Source: an uncultured Geobacter sp. (GTDB lineage: Bacteria; Desulfobacterota; Desulfuromonadia; Geobacterales; Pseudopelobacteraceae). Taken from it: DNA of 64,000 bases. The notes under the pieces were generated by a model. It was given only the letters and a program-made list of their open reading frames with translations. It did not search any database and had not been told where the DNA came from. The DNA is taken from NCBI GenBank assembly GCA_964576485.1, contig CAZNWF010000002.1:7006-71005 (forward strand). Direction: 5' to 3'. Shown one piece after another: positions 31,687 to 40,687 of the stretch. Positions within the stretch are counted from its first letter, which is position 1. Each line of letters begins with the position of its first letter. The position numbers were made by a program, and so were the translations under genes.

Positions 31687-33440
31687 TTGGCACCTCCTGT
31701 CTGTTTAAGCATGTAGTCAGCCATTGCATCCTTCTCTGCCGCTGTACCGGTATAATCCGGCATGGCCGGATTCAGGGCAGACAGCTTATCCAGCGCAGCT
31801 CTCATCTTGTCACGAGACCAACCGGCCATCTTTGGCTTGATCTGATCGAAGCTGTGGCAGGCGGCACAGTTATCCTCAAAGAGCGTGGCCCCCTGCTCTT
31901 TGGCAGGTGCTGCAACACCGGGATTATTCAGCCCGAACAGATAGCCGGCCATGGCATCCTTGTCCGCCGCCGGAGCCCCATAATCCGGCATGGCCGGGTT
32001 CAGGGCCGGCAGTTTATCCAGTGCAGCGCGCACCCTGGCCAGGTCCCACCCTTTCATCTTTGGTTTGATACTGTCAGCGCTGTGGCAGGCAGCACAGTTT
32101 TCTTCATACAGTACCTTGCCGCGGTCTCCAGCAGCACCGGCATCATCAGTCAGCGGTTTTTTATGCAGTCCTGCAGTCAGGTAGGCAGCCAGCGCTTTCA
32201 ACTCGTTCTCATTTCCCACAAAGGGAGGCATGAAGTAGCGTTTTTCATGAATGCTGGCCAGATACTTGCGCATAGCTCCATAGCTCATGTTTTTGGTGCG
32301 GCTGACAATATCATTATTAAAACCACCGACGCTGTGACAGGCAAAGCACTGATGCAGGAACAGCTCCCGGCCTGCTTCAAGCTGATTGGCTTCGGTCACC
32401 TCTTTATGCTGCACCCATTTGGCGTTTTTCAAAAATCCTTCCTGATTGATCCGCTCCACCTCTTTTTTAAGGATACCGTTTGAGTACATCACCTCATTGA
32501 TGACGTAGGGGCGGCGGGCTGCCTCGCGGGTCCACTCAAAAGCCCCCATGTACCCCATGGCTGAAACCATCACAACGATGATCAGACAGCGGATACGGGC
32601 CTTGGGGTTAAGCAGGATCAGGGCGATCAGCACACCTGACAGCACCGCCATTGAAAAGGCGCCGGTCATGACTGCCCGTTTGATGGTGGGGGATGCACCA
32701 CCCACCAGTTTGGCTGCCGGTGACGGCAGCACCGACAGGTACCACCAGCCAGCCGGAATGGAGAGAATCAGTGAGACCAGCGCCCAAGAGCCGGAATAGC
32801 GGATCATACGGTGCCGTGCAGTTTCGTCTTCTAGGAAGGTGGCGGTCAGAAAACCGTAGCAACCTGCCAGCATGAAACTCATAAAACTGCGGAAGAACAG
32901 GGAAGGCCAAAAGGTGGGATTGAAAAAACCGGCCCAGAAATCATTGTTGATCAGCCAGCTTCCAGGGGTGAGCATAAAGTCGATGATACCGTTGATCAGG
33001 AACAGGCTCATCCAGGCCGCGCCGAAATAAATCCAGCCAATGGTCTGGTGGGTGCGGTCATCCATCTTGCCGAAGGTGTAGAAGTACACAAACAGCGCTA
33101 CGATCTCCACCAGAAAGAAGACCCATTCAGCTGCCCAGCCAAACACAAAGGTATGGATCAAAAGTGAGGTGGCAGCCGGGTGGATCAGGGAGATCACAAA
33201 CCAGATGGCAACACCGGTCAGACCGCCAAAGACCATGGTCAGCAACATGAAAAACTTGGTGTGTTTCTTCACAAAGGCCATAATCTGCTGACTCTGCTCC
33301 TTGATGGCTTTACGTTCAGCCATTACCAGATAGAGCCCGCCCCCCACCGCAAAGTGGGAAACAAAAACGTGAACGATCGCCACCAGCGCGATCAACAGAC
33401 CTCCACCAAACGTCGGAACAAACCAGACCGGATAGTTCAT
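31683..33440 (-). CDS. Cytochrome bd subunit-I-like protein fused to three c-type heme domains
   Basis: HVFVSHFAVGGG, AEWVFFLVE, FMLTPG, EWTREAARRPYVI; then CFACH, CAACH, CAACH. Confidence 0.85.
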   Translation of the reverse strand: MNYPVWFVPTFGGGLLIALVAIVHVFVSHFAVGGGLYLVMAERKAIKEQSQQIMAFVKKHTKFFMLLTMVFGGLTGVAIWFVISLIHPAATSLLIHTFVFGWAAEWVFFLVEIVALFVYFYTFGKMDDRTHQTIGWIYFGAAWMSLFLINGIIDFMLTPGSWLINNDFWAGFFNPTFWPSLFFRSFMSFMLAGCYGFLTATFLEDETARHRMIRYSGSWALVSLILSIPAGWWYLSVLPSPAAKLVGGASPTIKRAVMTGAFSMAVLSGVLIALILLNPKARIRCLIIVVMVSAMGYMGAFEWTREAARRPYVINEVMYSNGILKKEVERINQEGFLKNAKWVQHKEVTEANQLEAGRELFLHQCFACHSVGGFNNDIVSRTKNMSYGAMRKYLASIHEKRYFMPPFVGNENELKALAAYLTAGLHKKPLTDDAGAAGDRGKVLYEENCAACHSADSIKPKMKGWDLARVRAALDKLPALNPAMPDYGAPAADKDAMAGYLFGLNNPGVAAPAKEQGATLFEDNCAACHSFDQIKPKMAGWSRDKMRAALDKLSALNPAMPDYTGTAAEKDAMADYMLKQTGGAK

Positions 33441-34693
33441 CGGTGCTCCCCTCCTATAGCTACAGCTATACCTTCAGCAATCAGTGTAACCGTCTGTTGA
33501 CTGCCATCTTCCATCCGCTTTAATGTCCCGCTGCCTGCTGTCAGTTCAGTATCTCCAAGTACGATGCTATAGCGGGCCTTCAGCTTGTCTGCCCGCCGCA
33601 TCTGGCTTTTCAGGCTTTTACCTTCGCAATCAGTTTCCACCCAGAAACCCTGGTCCTGTAATGCAGCCATCAGCTGAAAACCAGCAGTCCTGGCAGTATC
33701 CCCCATCACAGCAATGAACAGATCCGGCGTTCTGTCAAAATTTCGATCTCCCAGCAGCAGGGCAACCCGTTCTACCCCCAGGGCAAAACCGATCCCTGGT
33801 ACAGCCGGTCCTCCCAGTTGCTCCACCAGACCATCATAACGACCACCGGCAGCAACGGCAGATTGGGAACCCAGCAGGCCGGTCACCAGTTCAAAGGTGG
33901 TACGGGTATAGTAATCCAGACCTCTGACCATACGGGGATTCAGGCTGAACGGCACCTCGGCAGCAGTCAGATAATTTTGCACCGCACTGAAATGCTGATC
34001 ACACTCCGCACACAGATGCTCCAGCATTGCCGGAGCCCCCTGGGTCGCTTCCACACAGCCCGGCACCTTGCAGTCAAGTGCCCGCAGCGGATTGGTGGTC
34101 TGGCGTCGACGACAGTCCTCGCAGAGTGCGTCCTGACGTTCTGCCAGAAAGGTCACCAATGCCTTACGATACGCTGGACGGCAGGCTGGACAGCCTAAAG
34201 AATTAATCTGCAGCCGTGGCTCGGTCAAGCCTAGCTCCTGAAACAGACGGCTGACCATCAACAGCAGCTGGGCATCAATCAGCGGATCTGCAGCACCGGT
34301 TACCTCGGCACCGATCTGGTGAAACTGGCGATAACGCCCTTTCTGGGGACGCTCGTGACGGAACATGGGGCCCATGTAGTAGAGCTTGTTAACACTATCC
34401 AAAGCGTACAATTTGTGCTCGATCAGAGCACGCATCACACTGGCAGTCCCCTCAGGGCGCAGGGTCAGGCTGTTGCCCCCCTTGTCCGTAAAGGTGTACA
34501 TCTCTTTTTCAACAATATCAGTGGTATCACCAATTGAGCGGCAGAACAGTTCCGTCTTTTCCACAATCGGCACTCTGATTTCGTTAAAACCATACCGTGC
34601 AAAGACCTGCCGCGCGGTCTGTTCAATAAACTGCCAGAGCCCGGATTCAGAAGGCAGAAGATCATTAAATCCTTTGATAGCGGTAATACTCAT
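33437..34693 (-). CDS. hisS: Histidyl-tRNA synthetase
   Basis: LRPEGTA, ERPQKGRYRQFHQ, VRGLDYY, GGRYDGL; start MSITAIKG after GGGAG. Confidence 0.99.
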   Translation of the reverse strand: MSITAIKGFNDLLPSESGLWQFIEQTARQVFARYGFNEIRVPIVEKTELFCRSIGDTTDIVEKEMYTFTDKGGNSLTLRPEGTASVMRALIEHKLYALDSVNKLYYMGPMFRHERPQKGRYRQFHQIGAEVTGAADPLIDAQLLLMVSRLFQELGLTEPRLQINSLGCPACRPAYRKALVTFLAERQDALCEDCRRRQTTNPLRALDCKVPGCVEATQGAPAMLEHLCAECDQHFSAVQNYLTAAEVPFSLNPRMVRGLDYYTRTTFELVTGLLGSQSAVAAGGRYDGLVEQLGGPAVPGIGFALGVERVALLLGDRNFDRTPDLFIAVMGDTARTAGFQLMAALQDQGFWVETDCEGKSLKSQMRRADKLKARYSIVLGDTELTAGSGTLKRMEDGSQQTVTLIAEGIAVAIGGEHR

Positions 34694-34703
34694 TATTACT
34701 CCC

Positions 34704-36113
34704 TTATTGGTGTAACGCACCGCCAGCAAGAAGGCCGACAACACGATAAATACAATTTTTACCGGCAGCTTTACCGGCGTACATAGCCTTGTCAGCCATG
34801 GCCAGCAGCTCTCCCACTCCCGTCGTATCTTCTGGATAACAGGCAAATCCCAGGCTGGCAGTCACATGAATCTGGTACCCCTCCCTGGCAAGGAAGCAAT
34901 GTTTTTCAATCATCTTCCTGATACGTTCACCCACCTGTTGTGCAGCATCTGGACCAGTTTCCACCAGGATAATGGTGTACTCGTCACCACCATAACGGAT
35001 CAATACATCCACTTCACGGACCGATTTTTTCAGTAGTGCGCCCAGTTCTTTTAGCAGATTACTCCCCACCAGGTGGCCGTAGGTATCATTAACACCCTTA
35101 AAATTATCCAGATCAAGAAACACAACCGATAGCTGGGTAGCATAGCGATCAGCCCGTTTAATTTCACGTTCAAGCGCAATTTTCAAGTAGCGATAATTAA
35201 ACAGACCGGAAAGTTCATCGATGTAGAGCATATCCCTGGTGGAGGTAAAGCGCAGGGCATTATCCAGGGCACGGGCGCCATGTTCTTCAAGAAAACTGAT
35301 ATTCCGCTCGCTCTTAAGCGATGGCATAACCTGATCCGGGTCATTCAACAAAATCACCATACCATGGCAACTGTTTCTGATAATAAGAGGAAAGAGAACC
35401 GCTTCCCTTAAATCAGCCTGTTCAAACTCATCATGACCCGTCGGGAGAAGTAGCCGCACCGGTTGGCCCTTACGGGATGAACATTTCCGAAAGGAAGGGG
35501 CCAGTAACGTATGCACCAGTGCGCCGGTGGCTGCATCAATCCCTTTCAGTTCCTTGACAATAAACTCTCCATCCAGCTGCACCAGGCCAATACCACGACC
35601 GACACCAATCTCACGCGCCAGGGCATCCACAGCAAGATGACAGACCCCTTCAAGATCCAGACAACTGGAAAGTGCCTGACTTGTCTGTAAAAGCCCCAAC
35701 ATATTACGCAGTTCAACATTTTCGTCCAGCAGGCGGCGCTGTTCCATACAGAGTCGCACGGTATGCAGCAGTTCATCTGAACTGATCGGTTTCAGCAGAA
35801 AATCTCGGGCACCATGTTTAAGGGAAAAGAGAGCTGATTCAAGATCAGCATTGGCGGTCACCAGAATCACATCAATGGAAGGGTCCTGTGACTTGATTTT
35901 TACCAGCAGCTCCAGCCCGGAAATTCCAGGCATGGCCAGGTCGGTAACCACCAGACCGAAGCGTGCATCCAGCAGTAGATCAAGCGCCTCCTCACCAGAA
36001 CAGACTGTTTCCACGCTATAGCCAGCCTGACGCAGCAGGTCGGCATACAACTCACGGAAAAAGCGATCGTCTTCCACGATCAGTATTTCATTCAACTGCC
36101 TGGTTTCGGTCAT
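34704..36113 (-). CDS. gacA: REC-GAF-like-GGDEF Hypr-type dinucleotide cyclase (probable 3',3'-cGAMP synthase GacA)
   Basis: NDTYGHLVGS (Ser at the canonical Asp), I-site REVD, GGDEY; lies between comEC and hisS. Confidence 0.85.
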   Translation of the reverse strand: MTETRQLNEILIVEDDRFFRELYADLLRQAGYSVETVCSGEEALDLLLDARFGLVVTDLAMPGISGLELLVKIKSQDPSIDVILVTANADLESALFSLKHGARDFLLKPISSDELLHTVRLCMEQRRLLDENVELRNMLGLLQTSQALSSCLDLEGVCHLAVDALAREIGVGRGIGLVQLDGEFIVKELKGIDAATGALVHTLLAPSFRKCSSRKGQPVRLLLPTGHDEFEQADLREAVLFPLIIRNSCHGMVILLNDPDQVMPSLKSERNISFLEEHGARALDNALRFTSTRDMLYIDELSGLFNYRYLKIALEREIKRADRYATQLSVVFLDLDNFKGVNDTYGHLVGSNLLKELGALLKKSVREVDVLIRYGGDEYTIILVETGPDAAQQVGERIRKMIEKHCFLAREGYQIHVTASLGFACYPEDTTGVGELLAMADKAMYAGKAAGKNCIYRVVGLLAGGALHQ

Positions 36114-36154
36114 CAGGAGTTAAGCCTTATATAGAGTGATAACGATAGATTGTA

Positions 36155-38599
36155 TTATCGCAGCAAATTGCCGGCTGTCAAAACAAAATGTCGCACTGCA
36201 GCAAGCAGAGCAGGTTCAGTCTTAAGCGGGGATACGGTAAATTCAATGCCATTCGTTTCAACCTGAATGGTTCCCTGTTGATCAGTTCGGTACAGCTCTG
36301 CCCGCTGCTGTTTGATCCGACCGATTGTTTCTGCTGTTGGCAGTCCAAATGTATTTCCAGCCCCAACTGATATCACCGCAACCCGTGGTTTGACCCTGGC
36401 AAGAAATTGCTCACTACTTGCATATCTGCTGCCATGATGCCCCACCTTAAGCAGAGTAACCTCCCTGATTCCATCATGGATCAGCATATCTTCCACAGGA
36501 AAGCCGGCATCACCCATCAAAAGCGCGCTGAAAGAGGATTGTTGAAGGTGCAGTACCAAAGAATCATCATTATCCCCACCCTCTGTTCCTGCCGCCGCCT
36601 TTGGAGCAACAACTGACACCACCAATTCCTTCCCCAGTTGAGCACGATCTCCCTTTTTAACTATCCGAAGGATTGTATTCTGGCTATTAAGCGCCCCAAT
36701 AAGACGCTGATAGTTGTTGTTTGAACCAACAGACGCCCCTTGCCAGAATTCCCTTACCCGAAACTGCTCGGCAACCGCAGGTAACCCTCCAAGGTGGTCA
36801 GGATGGGGATGGGTCAAGACCATCAGGTCAATCTGCTTAACCTTCAGACGGTGCAGTGCCGGTACCAGATACCGTTCACCAAAATCCTTACCTGAATCCC
36901 GCAGATAGCCACCGCCATCTACCAGCAGAGTGCGACCGTCTGCAAGTTTAATCAAGGTTGCATCCCCCTGCCCCACACTCAGGAAAGCAATCCTCGTTTT
37001 TGCATCAGATGCTGCATCCGGCCACAGATGTACCAGTATCAGCCCGATCAGCAACAGGCTTACTGCAATGCCTTTACTACGACCAGACCGGATAAAACTG
37101 AGCAGGCCAAGCAGAATAACGGTAGCCAATAGATCAACAGGGCCGACATTGAAGCTGTGCAGTACAGGCAACCGGGATATCCAGAAGATAAAGCTGTTAC
37201 TGACCTGTACCAGCCAGCCGGACACCTGCAGTAAAAATGTCGCAACAGGCGGTATCCAGAACTGTAAAGGAACAGCTGCCGTAGCCAAAACCGTTGCGCC
37301 ATACCCCAAAAGTGGCACCACCACCAGATTCGCCAGAATTCCGCTGAACGAAACTTGATGGAATGAATCCAGCACCGGCGCCATGGTGGAAAGTACGGCT
37401 GCTAATGAGGCGGCACAAAACAGCAGCAGTGTTCGCTGCCAGCCCCGTACAGCAAAGCGATTAAATGGTGCAATAAGTAACGGTGTCAGCACCAGCAGCC
37501 CCCAAAGCGCCAGGAACGAAAGTTGAAACGAGAGATCAAACAGAACACCCGGGTCCGCCACCAGCAAACAAAAAGCTGCCAGAAACAGCACATCCAGGCT
37601 ATCAATCTCCCGCTCACTCCAAATGGCCAGCACCACAGCTGATAGCATCAACACAGAACGGGCTGTAGCAGGAGCGCCACCGGTAAAAACAAGGTACAGC
37701 AGCATAAGCGGCAGAGCTGAGAGTAACGCCGTGCGCCGGGCATCAATGCGTAGCGCCAGCCACTCCCAACGCAGCAGTAGCCATCGCAAACCCAGGACCC
37801 ACACCGCAACCACAACACCAACATGGAATCCTGAGACAGAAAGAATGTGGGACACACCAGCCCGGCTATAGGCGGTAGTCAAGGCGGGAGGGATCTCTTG
37901 TTGCTCCCCGGTTGCCAGTGCCAGAACAATACCGCGTTGGTCCGGGTCCAGGATGATTTTTCTGATGAATTCCTGACTGCGTAACGCAAGTGCATCAATC
38001 CAGCGGTGCCACGAGGTCACAGCAGCAGCACGCATCAGCACAATACTATCAGCATGATGTACCCAAGCCGTTGCCTGCACACCGCGTAGTGCTAGATAGC
38101 GGCGGTAATCAAACTCTCCAGGCAAACCAAGCAGGCGCGGCAGATGCACTTTGGCCGGACAACGGATTCTATCACCACTCAGCCAGGAGCCCTGTCCTTT
38201 TGCGATAGTTATGAGCAGAACACCATTAGCGGCAAACAGGGTACCATCGGAATAGACCTGCTCAACCTGCAGTTCAAGCCTCTGTCCTTCAGTATTCATA
38301 AGAGGACGGCCCTGCAGTATCCCCTCAACAACAACCTGCTTGCCATCAAATGCAGCAACACCTTGATCAGCCAGATTTCTATCCAGGCGTGGTGCCAAAG
38401 CTGCCATTCCCCAACTCATCCAGAACAATGCCAGTAAACAACCAAACAGTATCTGGCTTTTAAATGGCACCACAAAAGCAAGGCAAACAGCTAAGATTAT
38501 TGGAGTTAAACAGGAGAACGGCACCTCAAGCAGATATTCTGACAGACACCCCAAAACCAGAAAAAAAATCGATATGAGCAGCGGTCGTTTTGCGTACAT
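36155..38599 (-). CDS. comEC: DNA uptake channel ComEC/Rec2
   Basis: PGEFDYRRYL, HILSVSGFHV, SFQLSF, C-terminal MBL domain THPHPDHLGG, KVGHHGS. Confidence 0.95.
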   Translation of the reverse strand: MYAKRPLLISIFFLVLGCLSEYLLEVPFSCLTPIILAVCLAFVVPFKSQILFGCLLALFWMSWGMAALAPRLDRNLADQGVAAFDGKQVVVEGILQGRPLMNTEGQRLELQVEQVYSDGTLFAANGVLLITIAKGQGSWLSGDRIRCPAKVHLPRLLGLPGEFDYRRYLALRGVQATAWVHHADSIVLMRAAAVTSWHRWIDALALRSQEFIRKIILDPDQRGIVLALATGEQQEIPPALTTAYSRAGVSHILSVSGFHVGVVVAVWVLGLRWLLLRWEWLALRIDARRTALLSALPLMLLYLVFTGGAPATARSVLMLSAVVLAIWSEREIDSLDVLFLAAFCLLVADPGVLFDLSFQLSFLALWGLLVLTPLLIAPFNRFAVRGWQRTLLLFCAASLAAVLSTMAPVLDSFHQVSFSGILANLVVVPLLGYGATVLATAAVPLQFWIPPVATFLLQVSGWLVQVSNSFIFWISRLPVLHSFNVGPVDLLATVILLGLLSFIRSGRSKGIAVSLLLIGLILVHLWPDAASDAKTRIAFLSVGQGDATLIKLADGRTLLVDGGGYLRDSGKDFGERYLVPALHRLKVKQIDLMVLTHPHPDHLGGLPAVAEQFRVREFWQGASVGSNNNYQRLIGALNSQNTILRIVKKGDRAQLGKELVVSVVAPKAAAGTEGGDNDDSLVLHLQQSSFSALLMGDAGFPVEDMLIHDGIREVTLLKVGHHGSRYASSEQFLARVKPRVAVISVGAGNTFGLPTAETIGRIKQQRAELYRTDQQGTIQVETNGIEFTVSPLKTEPALLAAVRHFVLTAGNLLR

Positions 38600-38666
38600 G
38601 GACTGTCACAGAAATACGGAAGCGACATCTTGTCAAGAAAAACAAACATTTTTTATGGCACAGAGC

Positions 38667-38694
38667 TTGACAGACGTGTTTCATTAGCTACAAT
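38667..38694 (+). promoter_or_regulatory. Putative sigma70 promoter
   Basis: TTGACA-N16-TACAAT about 100 bp upstream of ATG 38793. Confidence 0.6.
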
Positions 38695-38792
38695 GGCAAA
38701 CATTGTAAACTTGTATGACACAGCCAACGAGGCACCCAAGATTTACTGCAGAGATGTCATCTCTGCCACTCCACATTTGAGGGATCTCCATT

Positions 38793-39758
38793 ATGTTTCT
38801 GCTGCCAAAAGGAAACCCCCTGGCCGAGAATGTCCCTATTTCAAAGTTACAACTACCCGATGCACTGGAAAAACTCAAAAATGGCAAACTGACCGGTTGC
38901 GCTATATTTGACTTTCCTGCGGCTGACTGCGCCCTGGTGTATGATGAAGGAAAGTTGGTAACAGCCATTGTGCATCGTGATGGCAATGCAATCAAAGATC
39001 AGGCAGCACTGCAATCCCTGGTTGAATTAATGCTGCTTGCTTCAAGCGGCACCTTCAACGTCTATGCACTGTCTAAAGACATCACCCTGGCAGTGATGGC
39101 GCTCGTTGGTGGCCCGGCAACCATCGACGGCCAGGAAATCAAGCTGATTGATTTCAAGGCCCTGCTTGATCGGATCAAAACCGAACAAATGACCGCTACG
39201 CTTAAAATTTACACACCGGAAAGAGCCGGGTTGATTTTTTATCGTAACGGCGCGACAGTGGGATTCTTCCACGACGCCTCAACCGGCATAGAAACCTCTG
39301 CAGGAGAAGTTCAGCAGATAGCAGGGCTACCCGGTGCCCGCATTGATCTGCGTGTACTTGCTGAAACGGATGGGTTTGTACTTGATCTGGCTGGTCTGAT
39401 CGACATCCGTTCACTCTGGGAAGCATCATCCGGTAATCCTTTTGCAACTCCGGTTCCGACGGCAGCGACACCGTCTTCAGAACCGACTCCCCCTGCACCT
39501 GCTGTGACAGCCCCCTCGTTTTCTGCTGAAGAGATTGAAACTGCAATTTTTGATCTGGCAAACCGGTTTGTTGGCAAACTCGGTCGTACATTGGCTGAAA
39601 AAGAGCTAATGAATATCGGTAGCGTAGCCTCACTGAAGGACCCTGACAAACTCCAGGAATTCCTTGCTGCCATAGAAAAAGGATCAAAATTATTGGCAAG
39701 TTCCAATAAAATTAAAGAGATGAAAGAAGCTATCTCTGCCCAGGCCGCACAACTTTAA
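38793..39758 (+). CDS. Hypothetical cytoplasmic protein with two DUF4388/PATAN-like repeats
   Basis: Two similar units (L..L...KLTG...LVYDEGKLV / LL..IK...MTA...LIFYRNGATV), Pro/Ala linker, helical C-terminal domain. Confidence 0.65.
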   Translation: MFLLPKGNPLAENVPISKLQLPDALEKLKNGKLTGCAIFDFPAADCALVYDEGKLVTAIVHRDGNAIKDQAALQSLVELMLLASSGTFNVYALSKDITLAVMALVGGPATIDGQEIKLIDFKALLDRIKTEQMTATLKIYTPERAGLIFYRNGATVGFFHDASTGIETSAGEVQQIAGLPGARIDLRVLAETDGFVLDLAGLIDIRSLWEASSGNPFATPVPTAATPSSEPTPPAPAVTAPSFSAEEIETAIFDLANRFVGKLGRTLAEKELMNIGSVASLKDPDKLQEFLAAIEKGSKLLASSNKIKEMKEAISAQAAQL

Positions 39759-39794
39759 TTTAATTCCGCCCAGCGCAGATTTAGAGGAGGCGTT

Positions 39795-40589
39795 ATGGAT
39801 TTAACAGGTTTTTTTCAGGCTTTAACATCAATATTCCCCTTTTTACCCAAGGTCTACAATGCTGTAGTAATTGACTACACCAGTCTGTTACTGGTTTTCT
39901 TCTGGTTTGTGGCAGCAGCGTTCAGCTTCTATTTCAGCCTTAACAACTCACGGATCTGGACCAGTATCTCAATCGGGTTTTTCCTGCTTTTCTGGAGCCA
40001 GTCCTACCAACTGAACCCCTGGCACGAAACCTTTACAGTCATGATTGCGGTACACTACATGATCGGAACGGTTGCCATTCTGGTTATCAGTCACGGTATC
40101 CAGGAATATTTCGTGTTCACCAGAACACTAGAGATTACGGGGTCTAAAAAGACCATTTATATTGGTACGGTCTTGATTTTGGCACTTACCATTCTGGTGG
40201 TCAGCGTAAACCCAAAACCTTCTCTGTATGTACTACGTAACTACCGGATGATGAACAACACCGTCTGGTTCTATCTCTGCATCATCAATATTTACACTAT
40301 CTTCAAGATTTACAAAGAGATGAAAGACTCACCAATAGCCAACGGCATTCTCTCTTTTGGTCTTGTCTTTATCTTTGCCCTGATCTGGAAAGGTGCTGGT
40401 CTTTACCTGATGATGTACCAATGGGACAAACCATGGCTTGACATCATTGAGTTTGACGGCATCTCCACTGACATAGCCCTGCACCAGGGTAAGGTAGATA
40501 TTGCCAAGTCACTCTTTAAAACCTTTAACTTCCTGACCAGCTTCTCGGTTGCCGGAACCTTTGCCTACCTGTTCAAGCTCTTGAGATAA
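39795..40589 (+). CDS. Hypothetical integral membrane protein (about 7 TM)
   Basis: 264-aa hydrophobic ORF with strong RBS AGAGGAGG. Confidence 0.8.
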   Translation: MDLTGFFQALTSIFPFLPKVYNAVVIDYTSLLLVFFWFVAAAFSFYFSLNNSRIWTSISIGFFLLFWSQSYQLNPWHETFTVMIAVHYMIGTVAILVISHGIQEYFVFTRTLEITGSKKTIYIGTVLILALTILVVSVNPKPSLYVLRNYRMMNNTVWFYLCIINIYTIFKIYKEMKDSPIANGILSFGLVFIFALIWKGAGLYLMMYQWDKPWLDIIEFDGISTDIALHQGKVDIAKSLFKTFNFLTSFSVAGTFAYLFKLLR

Positions 40590-40612
40590 GGAGCAGAGCA
40601 CCCGACTATAGT

Positions 40613-40656
40613 AATCAAAAGAGGGGAGAACCGATCTGGTCTCCCCTCTTTTGATT
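40613..40656. terminator. Bidirectional terminator between convergent genes
   Basis: AATCAAAAGAGGGGAGA...TCTCCCCTCTTTTGATT perfect 17-bp inverted repeat. Confidence 0.88.
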
Positions 40657-40687
40657 CGTTTCATCAACTATCTACCGGTCCAATAGG

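Noticed and set aside
38656..38671. Sigma54-like TGGCACAGAGCTTGAC
   Set aside because: The -12 dinucleotide is GA rather than GC, and the site is better explained as the -35 of a sigma70 promoter
38695..38740. Possible GEMM-I (c-di-GMP/cGAMP) riboswitch: GGCAAAC...GACACAGCC in a leader
   Set aside because: No proper P2 stem with GNRA loop, no GACGCAAAGC/GACGGAAAGC motif and no P3; an Rfam RF01051 scan would settle it
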